A stretch of 64,000 nt of DNA, taken from IMG/VR virus record IMGVR_UViG_3300042453_005121, positions 64,001-128,000 of that record; one strand, 5' to 3'. This DNA is from a virus. The number at the start of each line of letters is the position of its first letter. Position 1 is the first letter of the stretch. The translations under genes and the position numbers were made by a program. Positions 1-9,753 of this stretch are shown piece by piece. The notes beneath the pieces are model-generated. The model had not been told where the DNA came from and made no database searches. It saw only the letters and a program-made list of their open reading frames with translations.

Positions 1-629
1 ATTCCGTCGTTGACTATGAACGTGAGATGAGCCTTGCCTTCTGGGTCTCTCAATGAAAGTATGTTGTCGCCTTCTATCGCGCCGGAATTACCGCAGTGGC
101 CCATGGCTTTGGCTTCTTGCGAACAGTATCCCCTTCCGAGTGAAGCCCATTTCCATCCTTGCCACGGACCTTTGAGTTCTATGAAAGTTTCATATTCATC
201 CGAGGGCATCTCTGCCTTCCTCGCGGCGATGTCCTCGTGCCACATGTCCGAATCGGCCTTAAGTTGCATTGTCGTGTAGGATGCGTTGTTGAGTTTGCTC
301 TTGGTCTGCGGCCATGTTCCGAATATGAAGTCCCCGAACCTGTTCATTAACTGGTTTGCGTGATTGGCTACGAGCGTATCCATCCTGACCTTGTCGGAGA
401 TCGGTGCACCTTTTCTCGGAAGAGACGATTTCATTTCCTCTAGGGTGTTCTTTGTGAGAAAATTAACGAGATAATCCCCTTCCGGCCCTAGTTTCTTGAA
501 TTGCTCCATCTTTTGCAGATGATGCCTGACTGCATTTTTGATGTCGGGAATATTGGGATCATTTTTGGCCTTCAATAATTGGGCCACGGTCGCGTTCTCG
601 TGGAACAGCCACTCCATGAATGTCTTCAT
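1..629 (-). CDS. PcfJ-like domain protein with capsid-targeting-like N-terminus (runs off window start)
   Basis: Not in the ORF track. Open frame from ATG 629: MKTFMEWLFHE...WKWASLGRGYCSQEAKAMGHCGNSG...ILSLRDPEGKAHLTF. The E-x-x-A-M-G-H-C and SLRD motifs resemble PcfJ-like domains. Confidence 0.65.
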   Translation of the reverse strand, partial: MKTFMEWLFHENATVAQLLKAKNDPNIPDIKNAVRHHLQKMEQFKKLGPEGDYLVNFLTKNTLEEMKSSLPRKGAPISDKVRMDTLVANHANQLMNRFGDFIFGTWPQTKSKLNNASYTTMQLKADSDMWHEDIAARKAEMPSDEYETFIELKGPWQGWKWASLGRGYCSQEAKAMGHCGNSGAIEGDNILSLRDPEGKAHLTFIVNDG

Positions 630-660
630 GGGGATATTTAGATGGATACTAGTTTATTTC

Positions 661-969
661 ATGTTCCCATTCATGTTCCAAAATCCCCAGTCAATAGCCA
701 TAAAGAAGTATCTTTTTGAGATTCTCAAGGAGAGGTACGGAAGGAACGAAAGATTCATAGAGAGGATTTCTACGTTGATAGCCACCAAGGAAGATTATGA
801 TGGGTTCGGTTCGTTCATTACAGACATATATGAGACGGGCTTCCTAAAGGCGGTGAACGAATACAAGGATCAATTCCACAAGATGGGAATGAAAGTAAGT
901 GTTGTTCCTGAGGAAAGGCCCAAGGACCCGGGCAACAGGATATTCGGTCAATCGGAGAAGTCGGGCTGA
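661..969 (+). CDS. hypothetical protein
   Basis: Part of ORF 538..969. ATG 661 avoids overlap with the divergent gene. Confidence 0.6.
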   Translation: MFPFMFQNPQSIAIKKYLFEILKERYGRNERFIERISTLIATKEDYDGFGSFITDIYETGFLKAVNEYKDQFHKMGMKVSVVPEERPKDPGNRIFGQSEKSG

Positions 970-1595
970 TTGTCGGATGGAACGGCCCTGAATAGCCATC
1001 CTCCCTCGTCTATTTTTTTCTTCTCTGAGACCTTCCACCATCTGTATTCGTCGTATGGTACGCGGTCGTATGATTCTGTGTTTGAGTTATACACCTCGTA
1101 AGCAAATGGATATATGATGCTCTTCTCACTTATCTGTTCGTTTGGATCACTCGTCCAAAATTCTATTGAAAAGTCGGTGGCTTCGGTCATGACGGAAGGA
1201 AAAACCATCTTCTTTCCGTATGTGACTTTCATCCATGATTCGCCGTAAAATTTGTCGGTTTTCCTGTCCACCTTGGCCGGCAAGCAGTATGAAAGAACCT
1301 TGTGTTTGATGTGGGGCAATTCAAAATCGGGCTTGGATTCTTCGGGCTGCACTTCTTTGTATTCTTCTACGTGTGGTTCTTGGATCGGTTGCGGTTTTTT
1401 TGTGACCGGTGGCGGTTCGGCCACGGTTGTGGAGGTGCGTGACCATTCCGTAGGGCGTTGACCCCTAGTTATTGTTTCATCCCAATTGAAATTGTGGAAA
1501 ACCAACTTGGAGCGGTCCCAGTTGACCTGCTTTTTTACGAGAGGATTGGGGCCTTCTAGAATGTATGCCTTTCCGTCTTTGTTGAATATCGCCAT
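948..1595 (-). CDS. hypothetical phage protein
   Basis: 215-aa ORF with CTATATA motif upstream (1612-1618, minus strand). Confidence 0.7.
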   Translation of the reverse strand: MAIFNKDGKAYILEGPNPLVKKQVNWDRSKLVFHNFNWDETITRGQRPTEWSRTSTTVAEPPPVTKKPQPIQEPHVEEYKEVQPEESKPDFELPHIKHKVLSYCLPAKVDRKTDKFYGESWMKVTYGKKMVFPSVMTEATDFSIEFWTSDPNEQISEKSIIYPFAYEVYNSNTESYDRVPYDEYRWWKVSEKKKIDEGGWLFRAVPSDNQPDFSD

Positions 1596-1641
1596 TTCTA
1601 ACTCTTATTGATATATAGTTTGTTCCAGATAGGAGAGTAAA

Positions 1642-2043
1642 ATGACGTTGGTTGTACCGGACGAGGGCGAGAGAAGGCTTCTTAGTTATATAGTTAACAA
1701 GTCGTCGCCGACCAATCTCGTGCTTCATCTTTATGTGAACAACGTGAGTCTCGGAGCCGAGACTTTCACGGGCGCGAGTTTCACTGAAGCGAGTGCGTCT
1801 GGGTATGCGGCAGTGACCCTCACTGGTTCCAACTGGACCGTTGGTACGACCACAGGAGTTTCTTCTGCGACGTACAACAGCAGCATCACATTCACATTCA
1901 GCGTCGGCCAGAGCGTTTACGGCTATTACGTGACCGACACCTCGGGAAATATCCTGTGGGCCGAGGAGTTTCCTGGTGCCCCTTTCGCCCTTCCTGGGGG
2001 CGGCGGGGAGATATCGGTGACTCCGCGACTCCAATTGAACTGA
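1642..2043 (+). CDS. putative virion structural protein (Ser/Thr/Gly-rich, beta-rich)
   Basis: AGGAG RBS. Composition is typical of small tail/baseplate-associated proteins. Confidence 0.6.
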   Translation: MTLVVPDEGERRLLSYIVNKSSPTNLVLHLYVNNVSLGAETFTGASFTEASASGYAAVTLTGSNWTVGTTTGVSSATYNSSITFTFSVGQSVYGYYVTDTSGNILWAEEFPGAPFALPGGGGEISVTPRLQLN

Positions 2044-2639
2044 TGGGCGGCTTCGGACGTTGGTTGGAAGCCAGAGTCAGGGGTTCTGTGGCCGGTGAGG
2101 CGATGAAGAGAACTCTAGATTTCAAGGTCCAAGCAGAGTGGATTGAGTGGAAGGTGGAACCCAAGGGATGGATCACGGACAAGGGGACCAAGGATTCTTT
2201 TGATCTACAGGCCGCATTCTACAATCCAAAGGTCCCAAAGCCAGCCTTCTTTTATATTCGGGCCCACGCCATCCTTGATAAGCCAGACGCGGAGTACGAC
2301 TCCGTATCGGGGTCCGACGAAATGAAAATCAAGGCGTCGCTCTTCATTTTCAACGGCAAGACTGGATTGGGTGGAGTAAAAACTACCGGCGGTCCTGGGA
2401 GTATGCGCGCACTGTTGGACAGGGATGGACACATCAGACTCAGCGAGAGGGACGACGCGATAAACTTTCCCGGAGCACTATCGGAGTTTGACGGGCCTTC
2501 GTTGAAAACTCCGCTTCAACTCGCGGAGTGGATAAACAAAGTGATAGATCACACGGACATCGGAGGCGACGATGACGGAGAAGAAGAGCCCGAACCGCCG
2601 CTGGTCCCGGACGCCGGAGGAAGATTGATCGGAGTTTGA
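2043..2639 (+). CDS. hypothetical protein, capsid-targeting-like N-terminus (MGGFGRWLE)
   Basis: TGATG coupling with the upstream stop; acidic C-terminal tail. Confidence 0.6.
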   Translation: MGGFGRWLEARVRGSVAGEAMKRTLDFKVQAEWIEWKVEPKGWITDKGTKDSFDLQAAFYNPKVPKPAFFYIRAHAILDKPDAEYDSVSGSDEMKIKASLFIFNGKTGLGGVKTTGGPGSMRALLDRDGHIRLSERDDAINFPGALSEFDGPSLKTPLQLAEWINKVIDHTDIGGDDDGEEEPEPPLVPDAGGRLIGV

Positions 2640-2666
2640 TCTATATAATCAAGGAGGAGAAACAAT

Positions 2667-3218
2667 TTGCTCAAGAACCCGGATGGAACCCCGTACAAGC
2701 CCACTGGAAGTCTGGAGCAGTTTGATCCGGACAATCCGGAGCGCTGCCTGTGGAACGATTGGGATGCGGAGATCATGAAGATATACGGATCGCCCGTGTT
2801 CTACTACGAGGTGTTCATACAGACCGGTTCCCTAGACAAGTTGTACAGGGAGGACCGGGGCAAGATATGGTCCAATAATCCCATAACACTGTACGCCAGT
2901 TACGAGCCGGTGGTGGGGCAGAATTACCAGAGCGCGTTCGGCATAGACTCGCCGGATGAAATCATATTTGATTTTAACTACAGAGATGTCGTGAAGAGGA
3001 TAGGTCATCCCCCAAAGATAGGATCAAGGATTTTCACGCCCCACAGGAACGAGGACTGGGTGATCATCCAGCGGAATGTCGGCGAGCAAATGCTCTGGAG
3101 TCAGATGCGGATGCAGGTATTGTGCCAGCGTTTCCAGGAGAGCGTCACGACCGGCGAGGGCAAGGTCACGCAGAAGAAGCCGGATTTTGATTTGAACGAT
3201 TTGAACAACCGCTCATGA
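2667..3218 (+). CDS. neck/head-closure protein, T4 gp14-like
   Basis: E-I-M-K-I-Y-G-S-P-V-F-Y, LYREDRGK, AFGIDSPDEI and PKIGSRI patterns; strong AGGAGG RBS; neck/tail context. Confidence 0.65.
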   Translation: MLKNPDGTPYKPTGSLEQFDPDNPERCLWNDWDAEIMKIYGSPVFYYEVFIQTGSLDKLYREDRGKIWSNNPITLYASYEPVVGQNYQSAFGIDSPDEIIFDFNYRDVVKRIGHPPKIGSRIFTPHRNEDWVIIQRNVGEQMLWSQMRMQVLCQRFQESVTTGEGKVTQKKPDFDLNDLNNRS

Positions 3219-3362
3219 TTCCAGTCTGATGTTTTTGTTCTCGTGCACGTCCCAGAAAACGACCTTGGGAAACTTTGGTTTGGGAAGCGTCGTTCTTATT
3301 CCCTCTTTTATGAACGTTCTCTTCTTTGATCCGTTGTGCTTCTTTATGGGGAGATGTCTCAT
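3213..3362 (-). CDS. small basic hypothetical protein (49 aa, MRHLPIKKHNG...)
   Basis: Below the ORF-track cutoff. ATGA-coupled to the stop of 3359..4213. Confidence 0.45.
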   Translation of the reverse strand: MRHLPIKKHNGSKKRTFIKEGIRTTLPKPKFPKVVFWDVHENKNIRLES

Positions 3363-4213
3363 TTCTTTTTAGATGAGAACAGTCTTCGCGGTATTTTTGT
3401 CCTGATCTTTGGGGGTGGGGTGGAGGCTCTTTTTTCTATGGTCTTATCCACTCCTTCATATCCTTCCTTGGCATATGCCCCGGAAAGCACCTTGTATTTG
3501 TTGTCGAAGGAGAGGTGCTTGTGATCACGCCAGACGTGAGTTGCTATCTTGTGTCCGTAACTATTTATTTTTCTTTCTCTTCCTTCCCTCTCCGACCTCT
3601 CCTCTTCGGTGAATGGGATCATTTCCGCGTTGTTCTTTTGGGGCAGGAACAACACTTGTCCGTAGGGCTCGCCCTTTCTAAAGATGTGGAGCTCGCCCTC
3701 CCTTGGTGCCTTGAACACTACGAAGAATATTCTGGACCACCATCGTTGTATGTGTCCGGGAACGAGGCACGGAACCGTTCCTGTGTCGTCGGTGTAGAAC
3801 CTTGGGTGCGGTTCGGTGCGTAACACGTATCCTTCGGGCGGCTCCATGTCCAAGGCACTAGACATTCCGTAGTGACCCGGAGCGAAACTCATCATCGGCG
3901 GAGTGATCTTCTTTGGCTCGTCGCCGGTCTGCGTCGTTCCTTCTTCATTGATCATCCACGGTTCTTCAGAGAAGTCGCCTTCGAAAACAAGTTCCCCATT
4001 GATCCTTTTGACGCGGCACTCGCTATTGTATGGATATACGAGTTCATGGCCGTATGTGCTTCCTTCCACGAAAGGAGGACAGTGCCACGGCTGGGGCTCG
4101 GCACCGTTCTCGTGGTCGCGGTCCTTGCCGGACCAGCCCGGTATCTGAAGCCGTATGGGCCTGGGGGGCTGGCCGTTGTGCCACGTCCGGTATTTGACCT
4201 GAATTTTTTCCAT
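3359..4213 (-). CDS. DUF6065-like protein
   Basis: WHCPPFVEGSTYGHEL and FRKGEPYGQVLFLP motifs. Confidence 0.5.
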   Translation of the reverse strand: MEKIQVKYRTWHNGQPPRPIRLQIPGWSGKDRDHENGAEPQPWHCPPFVEGSTYGHELVYPYNSECRVKRINGELVFEGDFSEEPWMINEEGTTQTGDEPKKITPPMMSFAPGHYGMSSALDMEPPEGYVLRTEPHPRFYTDDTGTVPCLVPGHIQRWWSRIFFVVFKAPREGELHIFRKGEPYGQVLFLPQKNNAEMIPFTEEERSEREGRERKINSYGHKIATHVWRDHKHLSFDNKYKVLSGAYAKEGYEGVDKTIEKRASTPPPKIRTKIPRRLFSSKKK

Positions 4214-4244
4214 AATCAACTAGATATTGTATCGAGGTAAATGC

Positions 4245-5228
4245 ATGCCTGTCAATCCCGGCAACCACCAGGACAAGAAACTGAACGAGTGCGACTCAAT
4301 ACCGCCTGCGGAGACCAGCAGGAACAGGGAAGGGCCCTCTAGGGATTGTCCGGGTCCGGAGGGCCTCGGTCTAGGGTGGGTGGAGAGAGCCGCCAAGTCC
4401 AAGGTCGGCGTCGGAAGAGAGGCCCAGTGCGATCCCATGCAGACGGGTCAAATTGTAGAAGATGTAAACAATCCCGAACGCCAAGTTTTATACAGGTATT
4501 CAAAAAGTCTTCGCGGGTGCGACGAAGCAATGCTTGATCTTTTCAGCAATCTGGTTGTTCTGGACGAGGATGGAAAGGCCCACAAGGTACCGATCATATG
4601 GGGCACTCAGGAAAGGGCCGTGGCTTGGATACTTCAGGACAACGTACGCAAGGATGGAAGTCTGGTTGTGGAGCGTATAAGGCTTCCCATGATGACGATA
4701 TATTCTTCGGGAATTGAGTTTGACCAAAGCAGGTACACGTATCACAAGGCGTTGGACTTGATGAGGAGATTGGACCCCAAAGGAAGGCCGGGATTGCACG
4801 GCAGCGAGAAGTTTGAGAGAGACACGGTTTTCGGCGTGGCGCGAGGAATTCCCGTGAATAAATCATACACGCTCATAGCCTGGACCATGTACATGGAGGA
4901 CATAGATCAAATTTTGGAACAGGTCATGCTAAAATTTTCTCCAGTTGCATACATACGTGTGCGAGGAGTCAATTGGGAGACTTCGGTGTCCCTGGATTCT
5001 GTGGCAAACAACGTGGATTATGAGCCCGGCGATCAAAACCAAAGAATCATAAAATTTGAGTTTAATTTGACCGCAAGATCATACATACCACAACCAATGG
5101 TCCGTAACAAGTCGGTCTTGGGCACGAAAGTGGATATCCACAACAGTGTTGAGGAACAGGACATTACGGAGGTTTTGGCGAGGATAGAGGACAGCGTCAA
5201 AGACGTGGAAAGGCAACTTAATGATTGA
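4245..5228 (+). CDS. tail terminator / sheath stabiliser, T4 gp15-like
   Basis: KVPIIWGTQER, IRLPMMTIY, DIDQILEQVMLKFSP, IIKFEFNLTARSY; upstream of the sheath. Confidence 0.75.
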   Translation: MPVNPGNHQDKKLNECDSIPPAETSRNREGPSRDCPGPEGLGLGWVERAAKSKVGVGREAQCDPMQTGQIVEDVNNPERQVLYRYSKSLRGCDEAMLDLFSNLVVLDEDGKAHKVPIIWGTQERAVAWILQDNVRKDGSLVVERIRLPMMTIYSSGIEFDQSRYTYHKALDLMRRLDPKGRPGLHGSEKFERDTVFGVARGIPVNKSYTLIAWTMYMEDIDQILEQVMLKFSPVAYIRVRGVNWETSVSLDSVANNVDYEPGDQNQRIIKFEFNLTARSYIPQPMVRNKSVLGTKVDIHNSVEEQDITEVLARIEDSVKDVERQLND

Positions 5229-5445
5229 GATCAGAAACAAGACGAGAAGCCCGGTGCAGATACTGATCAGGTCAAGAAGGTCGCCCAGAGCGTTTACGAC
5301 GTTGAACGTTCCAGGCATAGGGGCTGGATGCAACACCTATATGCTGGAAGACGAGAGGAATACGGAATATGTGGAGAGGGCCGAGAAGATGGGCCTGATC
5401 TCAACGCGGCACTTAACAAAAAAAGAATTGAACAAGGGAGAATAA
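5221..5445 (+). CDS. small hypothetical protein preceding tail sheath
   Basis: 74-aa ORF tightly packed between the gp15-like gene and the sheath. Confidence 0.65.
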   Translation: MIEIRNKTRSPVQILIRSRRSPRAFTTLNVPGIGAGCNTYMLEDERNTEYVERAEKMGLISTRHLTKKELNKGE

Positions 5446-5449
5446 CGTC

Positions 5450-8260
5450 ATGGCAATCCTAAAGGGCTTTCCGCCCTCCAACTTGATTTCACCGTCGGTC
5501 CGCATCACGGAGAAGGACCTGAGCTTCATCGCTCCAGATCAGTCCTTCCATAGGGCGGGACTAGTGGGCTTCGCAAGCAAGGGCCCGATCAACATCCCGA
5601 CCGTGGTTTCTTCAAGAAGGCAGCTCAATACAATATTCGGATATCCGCATCCTGAGCAGGGCGATCCTTACCTCGTTTACGCAGCAGAGCAGTATCTGCT
5701 TGTGGCGAGTGAACTATACGTGGTTCGCGTTGCAGACACCGACGCTGTGAGCTGGGAGCGTGCCAAGACCGCTCAGGTTGAGGTTCCTTCGGCTGGCGGC
5801 GAGGTTTCAATTCTTTCAAGCGTCGCTGGCCCCTATAATCTGGGAAGCGATATGTATTTCCGTTGGAAACTCAACGGAATTCTTGCTTCTAAGACGCTGG
5901 TTGCCTTGTCTGATGCGAATCATCCAGATCCGGTCGTCCAAAGTTCGGGGTACAGTGCTCCGCAACTCGCCGAAGACCTCAATCTCCAACTTGATCCCTC
6001 AATCGACGGAATTGAGTTCTTTGCGACAGATGAGCAAATCACGCTGGTAGAGGACGAGATACAATCAACGAGCCAGACCGATACGGACGCAAATTTCATA
6101 TTGAACAAGGGTTCCGTAACCGTTGTGGTTAGTTCTTCTTCGTCCACATCATCCAACGGCAATACGATTGTTGCGGGATCAGTTGGAGGAACTGTTGTGA
6201 TCGGGGGAGTCGTTGTACAGAGATTCACAGTTTCTGAAGACGGCGAGTTCAAATTTACTTCACTTGTAAACAATCCTTCCGTCAAGGCCGTGTCCGGAGT
6301 GATAAACAACTCGACGGGCGTTATAACCCTAACTTACAACACGAACCTTTCAGCCGCTCCGGTTGGAGCCAGTGTTCCTTATAACGGCATAAGCGTTAGT
6401 TACGAGTACCTGACTAGCCACACGAACAATAGGCTGGGCGTGAGGACTACATTCTCTTTCGGTCCAAGAGCCAGCCTAGAGTTGGTTTCGGTTGCCGATT
6501 CGTTGTATGGACCCACCTCTGTTGATCCGGGCAGCGAGGTTCACGTAGGTCCGACCGGGCTTGGTTCCGGAATGACCGTGGCTCAAATGACGGGCAGTGC
6601 AGAAGACACATTTGACTTCACGACTCTGACTAATCACGACCTTCAGGTGGTTGTGGACGGAACCGACAACGTTCTGATTGACAATGTCGTTCAGGTCGTA
6701 AGTCTTTACGACTTGGCCGCAGATACTTCAGCTTCGGCATCTGACGTCGTGGACGCGATCAACGCAGAAATAAACGCCGGAAATGTTCCCGGAGGATTTG
6801 AGGCGGTTGCTGTTGGTGATTTTGTGTCTCTCCGCACGCTTCACGCAGGAGCAGACGCCAGACTTCTCGTCAAGGACGAGAGTGCGGCTTTTGAACTCCT
6901 TGGATTTGACGCTCCGCTGGTGGACCCGACTGATGCCGGTTCCGATGCGGGCGACTACGTTACCGCCGAGGGTTCTTCTCCGGACGGCATAAGCAGCGAT
7001 TCGGCCGTTTCAACGTACGGCCTCGTGAGGGGCGACACCAACAGGTTCGGGGACGTGTCAGTCACAGTGACCGCCGACTCGCCGGGCATAGATGGAAACG
7101 GAACGCAAGTTGTGATCAAGAACAACATCCGAGAGGGCAATTTTTCCCTCGAGGTGTTCAGCAATGGTGTGCAGGTTGAGGCTTGGGGAAACCTGAGCAA
7201 GGACGAGACCAGCAGATTCTACGTGGAAACCTTCCTGAGCCTCGTTTCGGATTACGTCAAGGCCTTGGACAACACCTCTAATCCATCACCTCCGCTTGAC
7301 GGAGTGTACAGCCTCGTTGGCGGCAATGACGGCATACCCGCCGATCCGGACGATCAGGACCTTCTGCTCATCGGAAGCAATGTCGGATACACCGGCATGT
7401 ACGCTCTGAGCGAGCCGGAACAAATTGACATTGACCTGATAGCCGTTCCGGGCCACAGCAGCACCGGTGTGGTGATGGCTTTGATTGATCTTTGTCAGAA
7501 TTACAGAATGGACTGCATGGCGATTGTGGATGCTCCGTTCGGACTCACGGTCAAGGAGATCGTGCAGTGGCAGAACGGTGCTCATCCGCTCAACAACACG
7601 CGGTTTGATTCCGACTTCGCTGCCCTTTACTGGCCGTGGGTCAAGATTCGCGACACGTTCAACAACGTTGACGTTTGGGTTCCGCCGTCTGGCTCGATCA
7701 TGGCCGTGTACGCGAGAAACGACTCGCTGGCGGCTCCGTGGTTCGCTCCGGCCGGCGTGAATCGTGGCGTGGTGCCGGGCATAACCGACGTGTTCAGTCG
7801 TCCGACCCTGGAAGAGAGGGACTACATGTATGGCAACAGGAACGCGGTCAATCCGATCGTTCAATACGCCGACTTCCAGGACTTCGTTGTCTGGGGTCAA
7901 AAGACGCTGCAGCGCAAGCCGACGGCTCTGGATCGCGTGAACGTGAGGCGACTGATGTTCGTCATAGAGAAAAGAATCAGGCGTGCCTCTAGGGAACTCC
8001 TGTTCGAGCCGCACGACGATATATTCCGCGACAAGTTCGTGGATATAGCGACGAGAATATTGCGAGAGGTTCAGGTTGGTAGAGGACTCACGGCCTTCAT
8101 TATCAAGGCCGACGAAGAGTTGAACACGCCTGACGTGATTGACAGGAATGAGTTCAGGGCCAGAATCGGCGTTCAGCCGACAAGGGCGGTTGAATTCATG
8201 TTCATCGAGTTCAGCATCCACAGGACTGGAAGCTTCGAGGCTGGTTCAGACACCTTCTGA
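5450..8260 (+). CDS. tail sheath protein (gp18-like) with inserted domains
   Basis: N-terminal SPSVRITEKDLS and GLVGFASKGP; C-terminal ALYWPW, WFAPAG, VWGQKTL, DRVNVRRL, PTRAVEFMFIEF. Confidence 0.95.
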   Translation: MAILKGFPPSNLISPSVRITEKDLSFIAPDQSFHRAGLVGFASKGPINIPTVVSSRRQLNTIFGYPHPEQGDPYLVYAAEQYLLVASELYVVRVADTDAVSWERAKTAQVEVPSAGGEVSILSSVAGPYNLGSDMYFRWKLNGILASKTLVALSDANHPDPVVQSSGYSAPQLAEDLNLQLDPSIDGIEFFATDEQITLVEDEIQSTSQTDTDANFILNKGSVTVVVSSSSSTSSNGNTIVAGSVGGTVVIGGVVVQRFTVSEDGEFKFTSLVNNPSVKAVSGVINNSTGVITLTYNTNLSAAPVGASVPYNGISVSYEYLTSHTNNRLGVRTTFSFGPRASLELVSVADSLYGPTSVDPGSEVHVGPTGLGSGMTVAQMTGSAEDTFDFTTLTNHDLQVVVDGTDNVLIDNVVQVVSLYDLAADTSASASDVVDAINAEINAGNVPGGFEAVAVGDFVSLRTLHAGADARLLVKDESAAFELLGFDAPLVDPTDAGSDAGDYVTAEGSSPDGISSDSAVSTYGLVRGDTNRFGDVSVTVTADSPGIDGNGTQVVIKNNIREGNFSLEVFSNGVQVEAWGNLSKDETSRFYVETFLSLVSDYVKALDNTSNPSPPLDGVYSLVGGNDGIPADPDDQDLLLIGSNVGYTGMYALSEPEQIDIDLIAVPGHSSTGVVMALIDLCQNYRMDCMAIVDAPFGLTVKEIVQWQNGAHPLNNTRFDSDFAALYWPWVKIRDTFNNVDVWVPPSGSIMAVYARNDSLAAPWFAPAGVNRGVVPGITDVFSRPTLEERDYMYGNRNAVNPIVQYADFQDFVVWGQKTLQRKPTALDRVNVRRLMFVIEKRIRRASRELLFEPHDDIFRDKFVDIATRILREVQVGRGLTAFIIKADEELNTPDVIDRNEFRARIGVQPTRAVEFMFIEFSIHRTGSFEAGSDTF

Positions 8261-8295
8261 TAAACAAGAGAAACAATAAATAGGAGAACAAGAAA

Positions 8296-8850
8296 ATGCC
8301 GATTAACATGGGTTTGGGTAGGATAGGTCAGCCGGACATCATCCATAAGAGGAAGTTTCGGTGGACCTTCGAAGTGACCAGAAGTGGTCGTGGTGGCGTG
8401 CCGACAAGTTTCGTCAAAATGGCGGCCAGGCCAAATCTCAGCATAGAAGAAACCGAAATCAATTTCCTCAACGGTAAGACCTATATTCCCGGTAAGGGCA
8501 CATGGGAGACCATCACGGTCACTTATTACGACGTGACAGGAAATGACAACGTTCCTCTTTGGAGCTGGATCGCCGACGTTTATGACTACACCAATCCGGT
8601 TACGCTGACGCAGAGTTCAAAGAGAGAGTGCTATACCGGAAGCGGCATATGCACCCTGTATGATGGTTGCGGCAATCCCCTTGAAAAATGGGAGTTGCAG
8701 GACTGCTGGCCCCAGGCGGTCAACTTCGGAGAACTGGATTACGCTTCGTCCGAGGAAGTGACCATAGAGGTCACGATACGCTACTCGGGCGTCAGGTACC
8801 AGAACCTTTGCGGCAACAATCCTGATTCGCAGTGCTGCGGTTGCAGTTGA
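8296..8850 (+). CDS. tail tube protein (gp19-like)
   Basis: RKFRW, ARPNLSIEE, PGKGTWETITVTYYD, WELQDCWP, FGELDY; follows the sheath. Confidence 0.9.
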   Translation: MPINMGLGRIGQPDIIHKRKFRWTFEVTRSGRGGVPTSFVKMAARPNLSIEETEINFLNGKTYIPGKGTWETITVTYYDVTGNDNVPLWSWIADVYDYTNPVTLTQSSKRECYTGSGICTLYDGCGNPLEKWELQDCWPQAVNFGELDYASSEEVTIEVTIRYSGVRYQNLCGNNPDSQCCGCS

Positions 8851-8875
8851 GTTGTTTTTGATCACATATCACACG

Positions 8876-8907
8876 ATGGGGCCGGGCAAACCGGCCCCAT
8901 TTTTTTT
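8876..8907 (+). terminator. Rho-independent terminator
   Basis: ATGGGGCCGG-GCAAA-CCGGCCCCAT 10-bp stem followed by a T-run. Confidence 0.85.
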
Positions 8908-8939
8908 GCATCGGACTCAATTATGGCGGAGGAATGATA

Positions 8940-9458
8940 ATGGGAAGAAACATGGGTCTCGGCAAGATAGGATCAGACAGCATTTGTATGATGCGCAAGT
9001 TCCGTTGGCTATTCAAGATAGACGGAGTGTGCGATGACGGGACCAGTGCTCTACCTCCAGACAAGGGGGCCAGACCCAGCCTTAATTTCAAAGAGATAGA
9101 GGCACAACACCTCAATGAGACGATTTATTTCGCTGGAAAACCCGACTGGAAACCGGTGACATTGACGTTGTTTGACCTTAAGGGAAACGGCAACCCAATA
9201 TTCAAATGGCTCAAGGAGCAGTACGAGCCTTGCCAAGACAAAGGCACTTGGAAACGCCCGGCTGGAACTGCTTGGAAAAAGAAAGCAAGACTTGAGATGT
9301 ACGACGGATGCGGAAACGTTATGGAACGATGGATATTTATGAACGTGTGGCCCAATAACATAGAATGGGGCGATCTGGACATGAGCAACAACGATTACGT
9401 GACCGTGGAACTGACGCTCCGGTACGACCGGGCTTGGACCGAGGATTGCTCCGGTTGA
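8940..9458 (+). CDS. second tail tube-like protein (paralogue)
   Basis: NMGLGKIG, RKFRW, ARPSLNFKE, GKPDWKPVTLT, YDGCG, WPNNIEWGDLD; GGAGG RBS. Confidence 0.85.
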   Translation: MGRNMGLGKIGSDSICMMRKFRWLFKIDGVCDDGTSALPPDKGARPSLNFKEIEAQHLNETIYFAGKPDWKPVTLTLFDLKGNGNPIFKWLKEQYEPCQDKGTWKRPAGTAWKKKARLEMYDGCGNVMERWIFMNVWPNNIEWGDLDMSNNDYVTVELTLRYDRAWTEDCSG

Positions 9459-9686
9459 TCACTCCATATCCTTCTTCAACAACTCTCTCATCTCCGCGAG
9501 TTTGTCTTCCAACTGCTTTGCTTTCAGCTTGAGTCTTCTGCATGCTCCGCTTTTGTTGAGCCTGCCTTTTTTTGTATAGACCTTCTTTTCGTCGTCCAGA
9601 AGGGCCTGTACTATGTCTCCATATCCATTTTCTATAAGTTTCTTTATTAGTTCTTGTCTTTCAAGATATTCTATTCCGCTGCTCAT
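9459..9686 (-). CDS. small helix-turn-helix-like protein
   Basis: LNKSGACRRLKLKAKQLEDKL resembles an HTH; has its own sigma70-type promoter. Confidence 0.6.
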   Translation of the reverse strand: MSSGIEYLERQELIKKLIENGYGDIVQALLDDEKKVYTKKGRLNKSGACRRLKLKAKQLEDKLAEMRELLKKDME

Positions 9687-9718
9687 TAAAAGTTGTCCTT
9701 TTTCTATCGCTTGCTTGC

Positions 9719-9747
9719 ATTGTAAATGAATTTATTAATATTATCAA
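9719..9747 (-). promoter_or_regulatory. sigma70-type promoter TTGATA-17-TACAAT
   Basis: Near-consensus hexamers with a 17-nt spacer upstream of 9459..9686. Confidence 0.65.
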
Positions 9748-9753
9748 CATCAA

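Noticed and set aside
7286-8221. 311-aa antisense ORF in the tail sheath (similarly 16468..17352, 57433..58242, 60061..60921, 63003..63635)
   Set aside because: Antisense shadows of well-supported genes, explained by codon bias; no motifs or RBS.
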